A DNA stretch of 39,624 bases from Ardenticatenia bacterium. Lineage in GTDB: Bacteria > Chloroflexota > Anaerolineae > Aggregatilineales > JALXEW01. The DNA lies in NCBI GenBank assembly GCA_027069285.1, contig JALXEW010000261.1:1-39624 (forward strand), written 5' to 3'. This document shows positions 17,563-26,592 of the stretch, piece after piece. Position 1 is the stretch's first letter. Every line of letters begins with the position of its first letter. The notes under the pieces are model-generated. The model was given only the letters and a program-made list of their open reading frames with translations, had not been told where the DNA came from and ran no database searches. The translations under genes and the position numbers were made by a program.

Positions 17563-18479
17563 ACCGCACATTACGTGGCTACGCCCTGGTATTACTGGCG
17601 GCCACGCTGTGGGGTTCACTAGGCCTCTTCTACAACCGGCTGACGGATATATACGGCCTGAGGCCGTTGACGGTGGCCTTCCTGCGTGCCCTATTTACGG
17701 CCTCGATCCTGGTCGCCGTGCGCGTACCGGGGCCGATCCTGACCGCGCACCGCCGGGACATCCCCACGGTGAGCCGCCGGGACATGGTTGGATTTGCCCT
17801 ATTCGGGCTTTTCGGGGTGGCGGCCTTCTACTACGTATACGCGCACGCCATCGATCGGATCGGCATGGGGATTGCCGCAGTCCTGATGTACACCGCCCCG
17901 GCCTGGGTAACGATCATCTCCGCGCTCTTCATGGACGAGCCGCTGACCCCACGCAAAGTGATCGCCCTACTACTTGCCATCGGCGGCGTAGCACTGGTCT
18001 CCCGCGTATACCATCTCGGCTCACTCCGGCTCGACGTGATAGGCACACTAATGGCACTCGCCTCCGGGCTGACTTACGGGCTTTACACCATCTTCAGCAA
18101 GCTGGCGCTGAAACGCTACCAGGTCTGGACGGTAATGACGTACTCGATAGGATTCGGGATGCTCTTCCTGCTCCCGATCCAATCGCCGGATGAGCTTAAG
18201 CGTGCCTTTTCGGATGCCGGGATAATGGCATGGTCGGTAGGCGCCTCGCTGGTGCCGACCTTGATGTCCGGCCTCTGCTTCAACCTGGGGCTGCGTGACA
18301 TCCCGGCGGCCAACGCCAGCATAATCGCCACATTCGAAACCGTGGTAGCCTCGGCCCTGGGCGTGCTATTCCTGGGCGAGACGTGGGAGCAGCCCCAGGT
18401 ACTGGGCGGCGCACTGATCCTCTCAGCCGTCGTAATACTCAGCAGCGCCAGAACTGACGATCAGCACCCGCCGTCCTGA
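17559..18479 (+). CDS. EamA/DMT-family transporter
   Basis: About ten hydrophobic helices arranged as two EamA-like halves (LLAATLWGSLGLFY..., ...GGALILSAVVILS). The ATG overlaps the livF stop (ATGA at 17559-17562). Confidence 0.78.
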   Translation: MNRTLRGYALVLLAATLWGSLGLFYNRLTDIYGLRPLTVAFLRALFTASILVAVRVPGPILTAHRRDIPTVSRRDMVGFALFGLFGVAAFYYVYAHAIDRIGMGIAAVLMYTAPAWVTIISALFMDEPLTPRKVIALLLAIGGVALVSRVYHLGSLRLDVIGTLMALASGLTYGLYTIFSKLALKRYQVWTVMTYSIGFGMLFLLPIQSPDELKRAFSDAGIMAWSVGASLVPTLMSGLCFNLGLRDIPAANASIIATFETVVASALGVLFLGETWEQPQVLGGALILSAVVILSSARTDDQHPPS

Positions 18480-19153
18480 TCCGATCCGAGGGCCGGGTCA
18501 AACGTCGGAGTCGGCCCCGGCGTGGGCGTGGGATTCTCGGCCAGATATTCGGTATAGGCCACATACCCATCGCGCAAGTTGAACACGCGCATATAACCCA
18601 GAAGGCGCAATATAACCAGCGCGTGGGCGGCACGCCTCCCGGAATGGCAATAAACCAGGATCGGGGAGCTGGGATTGGACGGCAACTCGTCCAGGCGGCG
18701 CGTCAACTGGCGCAACGGGATATTGACGGCACCCTCGATATGTCCCTCGGCGAACTCATCCGGCTCCCGCACGTCCACGATGGCATAGTGCACCCCGTTG
18801 ACCTGATCGGCCAGGAACTGCTCGACCGTGATACGATAGCGGCCCTCCGGCAGCGAGCGCAGATAATCATCCGCCGCCATCGCCACCGCCGAGCGTCGCA
18901 CCCACTCCCACGAAGTAGGGTCATCCGGCGCAGCCCTGACCGCATCCTGGGCGGCATCAAAAGCCGCCTCGAAATCACCATCGGCATATGCAGCCTCGGC
19001 CATCTCGACGTATTGGCGGTGATTGGCGGCATTGCCAGGCGCGGCAGTTGGAGTCGGCGTCCCGCTCCGGCACCCGATCATCACAACGGCCCCCAGCATC
19101 AAGATGGCCGCCAGGAACACCCGTGGCCGGCAAATCGTGAGCGACAAAGACAT
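18461..19153 (-). CDS. exported single-domain rhodanese (sulfurtransferase) lipoprotein with helical N-terminal region
   Basis: Signal peptide with lipobox (AVVMIGC). Rhodanese active-site loop ILVYCHSGRRAAHA (C-x4-R). AAGGAG Shine-Dalgarno precedes the ATG. The 3' end overlaps the convergent EamA gene by 19 nt. Confidence 0.8.
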   Translation of the reverse strand: MSLSLTICRPRVFLAAILMLGAVVMIGCRSGTPTPTAAPGNAANHRQYVEMAEAAYADGDFEAAFDAAQDAVRAAPDDPTSWEWVRRSAVAMAADDYLRSLPEGRYRITVEQFLADQVNGVHYAIVDVREPDEFAEGHIEGAVNIPLRQLTRRLDELPSNPSSPILVYCHSGRRAAHALVILRLLGYMRVFNLRDGYVAYTEYLAENPTPTPGPTPTFDPALGSDQDGGC

Positions 19154-19188
19154 CGGCTTAGCTCCTTTGCGATCCCATATCCCACGCC

Positions 19189-19230
19189 AAAAGGTGCTCC
19201 CCCGCCTCCGGGCGGCTGGAGACGGGGGAG
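19189..19230 (-). terminator. rho-independent terminator downstream of the molybdoenzyme catalytic subunit gene
   Basis: On the minus strand: CTCCCCCG-tctccagccgcccggagg-CGGGGGAG, followed by CACCTTTTGG. The 8-bp GC stem is at 19197-19204 / 19223-19230 and the U-run is at 19189-19192. It starts 43 nt after the stop at 19273. Confidence 0.6.
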
Positions 19231-19272
19231 GAAGGGCGGCTGGCCGTCACTTACATACGACCCAACGGCCTC

Positions 19273-22200
19273 TCACACCTTCTCGACTCTCACCATCGTA
19301 TCGTAGAAGCTGGCGCTGCCGCCGATAGGGTCGGTGAGGCACGAGGCAAATACCGCCGGATCCTCGCGCATCACCACATTCGCACAAACCCCGGTAGCCC
19401 GTCTGGCGTCACCCGGCAGCACCTCACCGTTGATAGTCATATCCCTGGCGCCATAAGCCCAGTGGCCATAGTGCCAGCTGAACGCTATCGTGCCCGGACG
19501 GATACCCTCGATGATCTTGACCTTGCCGATCACATCCATATCGTCCTCGCCCAGGCGCCAAACACCATTCTGGTTAGTAGCCGAGGTGATCCGCACCAGG
19601 TCCCCGTCGCTCAGGCCGCGAGACTCGGCATCCTGGCGGTTCATATAGACGTAGTTTTCGGGCATCACCGAGTGCTGTATCCAGTAGCAGCCGGGCGTGC
19701 GGCTCTGGCCGCCGGTGATTTCCTTATAAGTGATCAGCGCCAGATCATAGTCCGAGTCCTCTATCGGGTTACCGGCTGCATCGCGCACCACATCATACAT
19801 CGGCAACCCGGAGAAGTGCTCACCGGTGAAACTATGGCGGCCCTTATAGACATTTTCCACGTAGATCGAGAACATCTTGCCCCACGGGTGGCCGACATAC
19901 CGACCGTTATGGCGCTTATCGAAATTCTCGAACCGACCGCCACGGTTCAGGACGGTGACCATGCGGCGGAACAACTCATCATCGTTGCCGATCGAACGGC
20001 GCCACCGTTCCTCATCGAAGACAGCGCTTGACAGATGGCTGCGGGCGGCGCGGAATATCTCCATCTCGCGCTCATCGGCGGGCGGCACCGCATCGGAGCC
20101 ATCCTCCTTATCGCCAAAAGCTATATTAGCCACGGCCTTCAGGTACCAATCCTCGGCGGCATTGAAATCGAAGCCCTCACCCAGCCCATCGGGGCCATAT
20201 CCGGGCAGGCCGAGCCTTTCGGCGATCGCCAGCATGATGGCCTCCATGCCCAGCGGCTGCTCCTGGCCGAAGACGGTCACCGTACCCGGCAGCGGGTCGA
20301 CTATCGGCTGGCGCACCTTACTCACCTTCGTCATAACGGCGGGGGTGATATGTGGGGTGCCCCAGCGCTCCCAGATCGCGGTATCGGGGAACAGGAAATC
20401 GGCGTACATCGAAGTCTCGCCGATCACGATGTCGCAGGCGAAGAAGAGCGGGATCTTATCCATATCGCGCAAGATGTCGATGGACGGATTACCCGCAGGC
20501 CCGGCGTAGACCGGAGTACCTTTGTGGAGGAATAGTGCCTTGATCGGATACGGATACTGGTCGCCGGCGCTGGGGATGATCTCCTGGTAGACGTTGTTGG
20601 TATAGGGGTAGAAAGGTCGCCTGGCCGGATAACCATCCCGCTGGAAGAGCAAAGTCTTCTCATAAGCGACCTTCTCACGGGTCAGTATGATGCCATAGGA
20701 GCCGAGCTTACCTGGGTGCGTGCTGCTGGACTTCAACTCGAACGGCCCGTGGGCCTTATCGCCAAATTCGTGCCAGTGGCCGCCACCGACCGTCAGGCCG
20801 CCGGTCCAATCGCAGTTGCCGATCAGGATGTTGAGGCAGATGATGGCCTGGGCGTTATAGTAGCCGTTAGTATGCTGAACCGGGCCGCGATATAACTCGG
20901 CGGCGGCGCGTTTACCGTGGCCGGTGAACTCGCGGGCCACCTCCACGATCCGCCGCACCGGGATGCCGCATATCTCCGACCATTCCTCAAGCGTGCGCTC
21001 CTGGGCAACCTCCTTGAGCAGCTGCAAGGCGCTCTTATAGCGCACACGTCCCTCGCGGCCCTCGACTAGCAGGTCGCCCTCGACCGGGTTCTCCTCATCG
21101 TACGGATCGAAGGCCACCAGCTCACCATCCCGCGAGACCACGAACCAGTGATCCGGATCGGCGTCCTCCGGCACCTCCAGGTCGACGTCGGAGGCGCGGA
21201 GCAAGGTAGTCGGGTTACCGTCCTCGTCCAACTTGACCAGATGGGTGGCATTCGACCAGGTTTTCTCGCCATCGGCCAGCGCTGCGGCCTTATTGGCATT
21301 GGCCAGGTACCCGGCGTCGTAGCGCTCATTCTCGATGATCCAGCTTATCATCGCCAGGGCCAGCGCCGCATCGGTACCGGGCTTCACCGGCAGCCACCAC
21401 TTAGCCTTTGCTGCGGTCTTACTCAAGCGCGGGTCTACCACGGCGATCTCCAGATCTGCCTGAGTTATGCCGTAGGTGACCAACTCCGACATCGGGGTGG
21501 GGCCGAAGTTAGCCTCAAACGCGCCGGTGCCGAAGAAGATGACGAACTCAGCGTTGGCAATATCCGGCTTCATATGGGTCTTGCCGCCGCTCCACTTGCC
21601 ATCGCTATACTGATTCGTCATCTGCTGGTAGGCGATATGGTGGGATTGCTCGCAGATAGTAGTATGCTCCCACCAGTTGACCGAGCCGAACGCATCCTTG
21701 AGCCAGCGCTTGGCGAACTCCTTACGTCCGTGCTCGATTCTCCCGGCCATGAAGGCGAACTGATTGTTACGCGGCCCCAGGTCCGGGAGATCGGGGTCTA
21801 TCAGCAGATCGAGATGATCGGCATGTGCCCGCTGGAACTCCTCCAGGGTCATCTCGCCGCTGACCACCTTAGCCGAGTCCTCCTTGAGCGACGCCATCAA
21901 ATCAGGATCGCGCACCGCCCAGATCTCGGCCAGGCCTGGTGTTGAAGTCCCATCGGCGAAGGTAGCCCCGTTGACGATCTCGTCAATCGCCTGATCGAAG
22001 TCTATAACCTCCCACTGCCCGCTGCCGCGCGGACCTGCCCGCTTGAGCACGGCAGTGATGCGATAGGGGTCGTACTCACTTTGCACGCCCGACTGCCCCT
22101 TGGGGCACAGCTTGGCATCAACCGGCGCGGCCTCATCCGGCGGGGTCTCATAATTTAGATGCGGCAACATATTCATCGGGCTATAGGGGTTGCCGTCAAT

Positions 22201-22437
22201 TTTCACCATCACCCCGTCGTAGACTTTGGCCTTGATAGTGCAGGAAGTGTGACACTGGAGGCAGGCGCTATAGATGATATGCTCAGGCTTATTAAGCGGA
22301 TACTCCCCATCCTGGCCGTTGGCACGCTGAGCAGAATCGGCCAGGACACTGAACACGCGATTCAACTTGGAAGCGAGCGCCGCACATCCCCCTGCTACCG
22401 CCGAAATCTTCAAGAAGTCACGTCGTGTGATCTCCAT
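19273..22437 (-). CDS. Tat-exported molybdopterin (Mo-bisPGD) oxidoreductase catalytic subunit, TtrA/SrdA/PsrA-like
   Basis: Twin-arginine signal MEITRRDFLKISAVAGG. N-terminal [4Fe-4S] motif CLQCHTSC...(x48)...C (KLCPKGQ). Candidate Mo-ligand segment HTTICEQSHH. Blocks I recall as TtrA-like: GNPYSPM, KTWSNATHLV, AEDWYLKAVANIAFG, LNRGGRFENFD. 1054 aa, close to the roughly 1000-aa TtrA class. Confidence 0.8.
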   Translation of the reverse strand: MEITRRDFLKISAVAGGCAALASKLNRVFSVLADSAQRANGQDGEYPLNKPEHIIYSACLQCHTSCTIKAKVYDGVMVKIDGNPYSPMNMLPHLNYETPPDEAAPVDAKLCPKGQSGVQSEYDPYRITAVLKRAGPRGSGQWEVIDFDQAIDEIVNGATFADGTSTPGLAEIWAVRDPDLMASLKEDSAKVVSGEMTLEEFQRAHADHLDLLIDPDLPDLGPRNNQFAFMAGRIEHGRKEFAKRWLKDAFGSVNWWEHTTICEQSHHIAYQQMTNQYSDGKWSGGKTHMKPDIANAEFVIFFGTGAFEANFGPTPMSELVTYGITQADLEIAVVDPRLSKTAAKAKWWLPVKPGTDAALALAMISWIIENERYDAGYLANANKAAALADGEKTWSNATHLVKLDEDGNPTTLLRASDVDLEVPEDADPDHWFVVSRDGELVAFDPYDEENPVEGDLLVEGREGRVRYKSALQLLKEVAQERTLEEWSEICGIPVRRIVEVAREFTGHGKRAAAELYRGPVQHTNGYYNAQAIICLNILIGNCDWTGGLTVGGGHWHEFGDKAHGPFELKSSSTHPGKLGSYGIILTREKVAYEKTLLFQRDGYPARRPFYPYTNNVYQEIIPSAGDQYPYPIKALFLHKGTPVYAGPAGNPSIDILRDMDKIPLFFACDIVIGETSMYADFLFPDTAIWERWGTPHITPAVMTKVSKVRQPIVDPLPGTVTVFGQEQPLGMEAIMLAIAERLGLPGYGPDGLGEGFDFNAAEDWYLKAVANIAFGDKEDGSDAVPPADEREMEIFRAARSHLSSAVFDEERWRRSIGNDDELFRRMVTVLNRGGRFENFDKRHNGRYVGHPWGKMFSIYVENVYKGRHSFTGEHFSGLPMYDVVRDAAGNPIEDSDYDLALITYKEITGGQSRTPGCYWIQHSVMPENYVYMNRQDAESRGLSDGDLVRITSATNQNGVWRLGEDDMDVIGKVKIIEGIRPGTIAFSWHYGHWAYGARDMTINGEVLPGDARRATGVCANVVMREDPAVFASCLTDPIGGSASFYDTMVRVEKV

Positions 22438-22440
22438 CGC

Positions 22441-23568
22441 TTACGCTCCTTCAGGCTGATTCAGGGCCAGCCGATCCCACAGGAACGAATAAACCGCCAG
22501 TCCCAGGGCGATCACACCCACCGCCACCAGCCACTCCGTCAGGCTTGGGACGTACACAGTGCTCAGGCGCGGCGAGTAATACGCCTCGGTGATCCCCTCC
22601 AGCTCCGGCACCGAGAGGACCGGGATGAGCAGATTCGAGCGTGCCGCCACGAACCCGATCATCAGCGCCACGCTCCCCAGACCCACGATCACCCGGTTGC
22701 CACGGAAGAAGACCAGTGCCACCAGCGGGATCACCATCCCCACCAGCACCTGCAGCCCCCAGAAGAGCCATGAATCGGGGCCGTACATCGCCAGGTTGAG
22801 CGCATCCTTGACCGCCGGGGCGCCGCCGTAGAGCATAGTCTCGATGGCAGCGAACTCCATCAGGGCCTCGAAGATCAACAGGCCCAGGGTGATCCCGGTC
22901 ACCCAGCGGAGCATCTCATCTCGCCCCTCGGCCTTCCACAAAAAGGCCAGGATGAAAGTCAGGGCAGCGCCCGCAGTCACCAATCCGGCCACCAGAAAGC
23001 GGATGGGGAACAGGCCGGTATTCCAGGCCGGGCGGGAGCCAAGCACGCCCATCAGCGCCCCCTCGGTACCGGCAAACGCCACTGCCAGCACCAAAGCCAC
23101 AGCTCCCAGCCACTTAGCTGCCGTCGCATTGCCGCCGTAGTCGAGCACGAGCTGTACCACGACGATCACGAAAAACCCGGCGTACACCCATGACATACGG
23201 CCCATCAGCGAAGTCGAGCTTGGGCGGAAGAACAACTCCGGGAACCGCTCCATATGGCCCAGATCGAACCACACCAGCAGCAAGCCCGCTGCCAGGGCGA
23301 TCAGGGAGCCGACCGCCGTCACCCGGCGCAGCGGCTTAAACACCTCGATCTCGAAGACGGATCCCAGTGCCGAGAAGACATACAATCCGGCGGCAAGCCC
23401 GCCCAGATAAGTATAGAGCACGATCCACAAGCCCCATGGGATCAGGCTACCGTGATTTATCACCTCGTGTCCCATAGTCAGGCGCTGGACGAGGCCTACC
23501 AGGCCGGCCACAATGAGCACCGCCAGCACGACCCAGTACACGATTCGCATTGGCGTCGCGTTAGCCAT
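22441..23568 (-). CDS. NrfD/PsrC-family integral membrane quinol-interacting subunit
   Basis: A polytopic hydrophobic protein located between the Fe-S and catalytic subunit genes. The ATG at 23566-23568 is preceded by GGGAGG, which overlaps the upstream TAA (TAAGGGAGGTTGGTCATG). The track's TTG start at 23574 is two codons longer. Confidence 0.8.
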   Translation of the reverse strand: MANATPMRIVYWVVLAVLIVAGLVGLVQRLTMGHEVINHGSLIPWGLWIVLYTYLGGLAAGLYVFSALGSVFEIEVFKPLRRVTAVGSLIALAAGLLLVWFDLGHMERFPELFFRPSSTSLMGRMSWVYAGFFVIVVVQLVLDYGGNATAAKWLGAVALVLAVAFAGTEGALMGVLGSRPAWNTGLFPIRFLVAGLVTAGAALTFILAFLWKAEGRDEMLRWVTGITLGLLIFEALMEFAAIETMLYGGAPAVKDALNLAMYGPDSWLFWGLQVLVGMVIPLVALVFFRGNRVIVGLGSVALMIGFVAARSNLLIPVLSVPELEGITEAYYSPRLSTVYVPSLTEWLVAVGVIALGLAVYSFLWDRLALNQPEGA

Positions 23569-23580
23569 GACCAACCTCCC

Positions 23581-24306
23581 TTACGTGAGGTAATAAACCG
23601 ACGGGTTGGTGCCCAGTTCTTCCTTGAGCCGGAAGGCCTGGCGCCGTCCCAGCAGTTCGGATACGAGACTATCGGGGTCATTGAGGTCGCCGAAGTACCG
23701 TGCCCGTCCGATGCAATCGGTGATACAGGCCGGCAACAACCCCTCGTTGAGCCTGTGCAGGCAGAAGTGGCATTTGCGCACATTACCTATCGGCGAGCCA
23801 CCTGCAGAGCGGTTATGCTCATGGCCGTACTCGAACTCGATATTCTCGTACTCCTGGGGGTTAGGGGTATTGCCGGTATACGTCTCGCCGAAGTCGAACA
23901 TGCGGGCGCCGTACGGACAGGCCGCGATGCAATAGCGGCAGCCGATGCACACCTCATAGTCCACCACCACTATGCCGTCCTCCCGCTTATACGTGGCGCC
24001 CACCGGGCAGACATCCACGCACGGCGGATTCTGGCAGTGCATACACGGCCTGGGCACGAACACCCTACGCACATTAGGGTACTTGCCGACCTCATCCTGC
24101 AAGACGATGTTATAAGCGACCTCCGGTGGAGTCTTATTCTCAGATTTGCACGCCACGGTACAGGCATCGCACCCGACGCACTTGGTCAGGTCTATGACCA
24201 TGACCCAATGTCGCTCCTCCACCGGCTTTTGGAGAGCGCGTTGGATGTCGTCCATCATCCTCAAGATCGCGTTCTCCATCTCCAGCACACGTGGAATATC
24301 TGGCAT
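23581..24306 (-). CDS. four-cluster 4Fe-4S ferredoxin-type electron-transfer subunit (TtrB/PsrB/NrfC-like)
   Basis: Four Cys groups are present: [37 protein letters not shown] and CHFCLHRL...PACITDC. GAGAGGTG Shine-Dalgarno precedes the ATG at 24304-24306. Confidence 0.9.
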   Translation of the reverse strand: MPDIPRVLEMENAILRMMDDIQRALQKPVEERHWVMVIDLTKCVGCDACTVACKSENKTPPEVAYNIVLQDEVGKYPNVRRVFVPRPCMHCQNPPCVDVCPVGATYKREDGIVVVDYEVCIGCRYCIAACPYGARMFDFGETYTGNTPNPQEYENIEFEYGHEHNRSAGGSPIGNVRKCHFCLHRLNEGLLPACITDCIGRARYFGDLNDPDSLVSELLGRRQAFRLKEELGTNPSVYYLT

Positions 24307-24445
24307 GGCTCACCTCTCTTGGAGATATGCGAAAGCCGGCTGTCACAGTGATCCGAACGCCAACCCGGCACGGCAGTCCCATTCCAGGCCGCGCCGTTGA
24401 GCGCCCACTACATGTTCAAGTTATCACAAACACGCGGGGATTTTT

Positions 24446-24475
24446 ATCGGGCAAAACCTGATAGTTTTCGCCGAT
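24446..24475. promoter_or_regulatory. 12-6-12 imperfect inverted repeat between the response-regulator gene and the molybdoenzyme operon (operator candidate)
   Basis: ATCGGGCAAAAC-ctgata-GTTTTCGCCGAT, with 10 of 12 arm positions complementary. It lies 28-57 nt past the regulator stop and about 140-170 nt upstream of the Fe-S subunit ATG. Confidence 0.35.
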
Positions 24476-24502
24476 ATGTAGTGATTTTCTTGACAAATGA
24501 GG

Positions 24503-25153
24503 TCATTCCGAAAGGAGTCCCCGTGCGACCGCATACCGCACCAGCTGAACCCGGCTGGTGAGGCCCAACTTATGCATCGCGCGGCTACGGTAAGTATCCA
24601 CGGTATTGGCGCTCAGGTGGAGCTTCTCCGCGATCTCCTGGCTGGTATACCCCCAGGCGACAAGAGTGATCACCTCCTGTTCTCGCTCGCTCAACCTCTC
24701 CCAGGGGTCAGCTCCGGTGCTATGCGGGATTATATCCCCCAGCAGCGAGGGCACCATCTCCCGATCCACATATATCTGCCCGCGATACACCTGGCGTATT
24801 GCCGCGACCACCTCCTCGCCATCGGCCTGCTTCAGCACATAACCGGCCCCGCCGCCTGCCAGCACCTGTTTAGCGTACTCCTCATCGCAGTGCATAGTCA
24901 AGACCAGGACACGGGTTTTATCGGAAAACTCCCTCATCCTGGCCAAGACGGCCAGTCCGCCGAGATTCGGCATAGAAATATCGAGCAGCAACACATCTGG
25001 CCGGAGTTCCCTCACCTTTTGCAAGGCCTCACGTCCGTCGGACGCCTCGCCGATCACGGTTATATCGGAATATCGCTCCAAAAGCAGCCTCAGACCGGCG
25101 CGGAAGACCGCGTGATCGTCCGCGATCAGGACGCGGATTGTCTCCCGTTCCAT
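24503..25153 (-). CDS. NarL/FixJ-family response regulator (REC + LuxR-type HTH)
   Basis: IRVLIADDHAVFRAGL...DVLLLDISMPNLGG (receiver Asp) and LSEREQEVITLVAWGYTSQEIAEKLHLSANTVDTYRSRAMHKLGL (LuxR HTH). GGGAGGTGG Shine-Dalgarno lies inside the 3' end of the upstream kinase gene. Confidence 0.92.
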   Translation of the reverse strand: MERETIRVLIADDHAVFRAGLRLLLERYSDITVIGEASDGREALQKVRELRPDVLLLDISMPNLGGLAVLARMREFSDKTRVLVLTMHCDEEYAKQVLAGGGAGYVLKQADGEEVVAAIRQVYRGQIYVDREMVPSLLGDIIPHSTGADPWERLSEREQEVITLVAWGYTSQEIAEKLHLSANTVDTYRSRAMHKLGLTSRVQLVRYAVARGLLSE

Positions 25154-26592
25154 CCCTCACCACCTCCCTGGGCACGGATCGGCACGCGCACGAACACCGT
25201 AGTGCCCCTTCCCGGAGCGGATTCCACCACCACCTGTCCGCCGACGAGATTTGCCCGTTCCATCATACCCTGCAGACCGAGATTCCGGGCCTTATCGACC
25301 GCATTGGGATCGAAGCCGCGCCCGCCATCCTCGACAATGGCGACACACTCATCCCCTCGTCGCTCAAGCACCACATCGACGCGACCCGCCCCAGAGTGCC
25401 TGGCGGCGTTGGTCAGCGCCTCCTGGACTATCCTATAGACGGCAGTTTCCACGGTGGGGGCCAGCCTCACCCCGTCCATCCCAAAAGTCTCGAACGAGAC
25501 CTGCACCTCGAACGTGCGGCCCCAATCGTAAAGGTACCTGCGCACGGCGGCCACCAGTCCCAGATCATCAAGTACCGGAGGGCGCAACTCATGGGCCAGC
25601 ATCCTCACCCCTTCCAGCGTCTGGCCGACCAGATCGCGCAACTCATCCAGCCTGGCGATATTAGCACAATCATTGCAAATCGCCATCGCGTTGGAAAGCC
25701 CCATCTTGATGGCCGTGAGCGCCTGACCGGTATCATCGTGCAACTCGCGGGAGATACGTCTACGTTCCTCCTCCTGCGCAGTGATGATCTTATCTATCAA
25801 CAAAGCCCGCAGCCTCTCGCGCTCCTCACGCTCATGGGCCGCCCTTTCCAGCTCGACCGTCATACGGTTGAAAGTGCGCGTCAGAGCGCCGATCTCATCA
25901 TCGGCAAACGGCACTATCCTCGCCCCAAAATCGCCGGCGGCCACCGACTTTGCAGCACCGGCCAGCCTGCGGATGGGATCGGTTATCATCCAGGTCAGCC
26001 CGGCGGCGATCAAAATGCCCAGCAGGGCCACCAGGGCCGTAGTAAGCGCAAACTGCCTGGTCGTATCCTCAACAGTCGCCTTCATAGCCGCCTCACCCAG
26101 CCCCAACCTCACCGTATAGCCATCCCCGACCGGAACCGGCACCGCCACATCCCAGATCACACCCTCGTTAGTCCGCAGCCTACGCATACGGTACTGTTCC
26201 GACCTATCCACGGAGTTGGCATCCACCAGCCCGCGAGGGAAACCATCACCGAAAGTGTGGGCCAGGGGAGAGCCATCAGAGCCTAATACAAAGGCATACC
26301 TGACGGTATCGCCGTTATTCATGGTGGTATCGCGCAGCAGATTATGCAGCCCGTAGAGGTCGTCCAGCAGTATATAATCGGTTGCGCGTGCCGCCAGGTC
26401 GCGTGCCAGCGCGACCCCACGCCTTTGCAGCTCGATCCGCAGGGAACTTTCCTGGATCGCGCGCATCTGGAGGGTCAGGCTGATCCCAAGCAACAATATC
26501 AGCCCCAACGCCATACCCAGTATCTTTATCCTGACGCTTACCGAGATCAGTTGACGCCACAGCGATGCCACCAGATGCCGCAGCCCCATCAT
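25126..26592 (-). CDS. membrane sensor histidine kinase (2 TM, ~150-aa external domain, HAMP, HisKA_3, HATPase_c)
   Basis: HAMP DPIRRLAGAAKSVAAGDFGARI...DEIGALTRTFNRM. HisKA_3 H-box ISRELHDDTGQALTAI. N-box EALTNAARHSGA. G-boxes VEDGGRGFD and GLQGMMERA. Confidence 0.85.
   Translation of the reverse strand: MMGLRHLVASLWRQLISVSVRIKILGMALGLILLLGISLTLQMRAIQESSLRIELQRRGVALARDLAARATDYILLDDLYGLHNLLRDTTMNNGDTVRYAFVLGSDGSPLAHTFGDGFPRGLVDANSVDRSEQYRMRRLRTNEGVIWDVAVPVPVGDGYTVRLGLGEAAMKATVEDTTRQFALTTALVALLGILIAAGLTWMITDPIRRLAGAAKSVAAGDFGARIVPFADDEIGALTRTFNRMTVELERAAHEREERERLRALLIDKIITAQEEERRRISRELHDDTGQALTAIKMGLSNAMAICNDCANIARLDELRDLVGQTLEGVRMLAHELRPPVLDDLGLVAAVRRYLYDWGRTFEVQVSFETFGMDGVRLAPTVETAVYRIVQEALTNAARHSGAGRVDVVLERRGDECVAIVEDGGRGFDPNAVDKARNLGLQGMMERANLVGGQVVVESAPGRGTTVFVRVPIRAQGGGEGWNGRQSAS

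Noticed and set aside
24490-24495. Perfect TTGACA on the plus strand next to the response-regulator stop
   Set aside because: There is no -10 partner at 16-18 nt. The only downstream plus-strand ORF (24497-25438) is an antisense shadow of the regulator gene.
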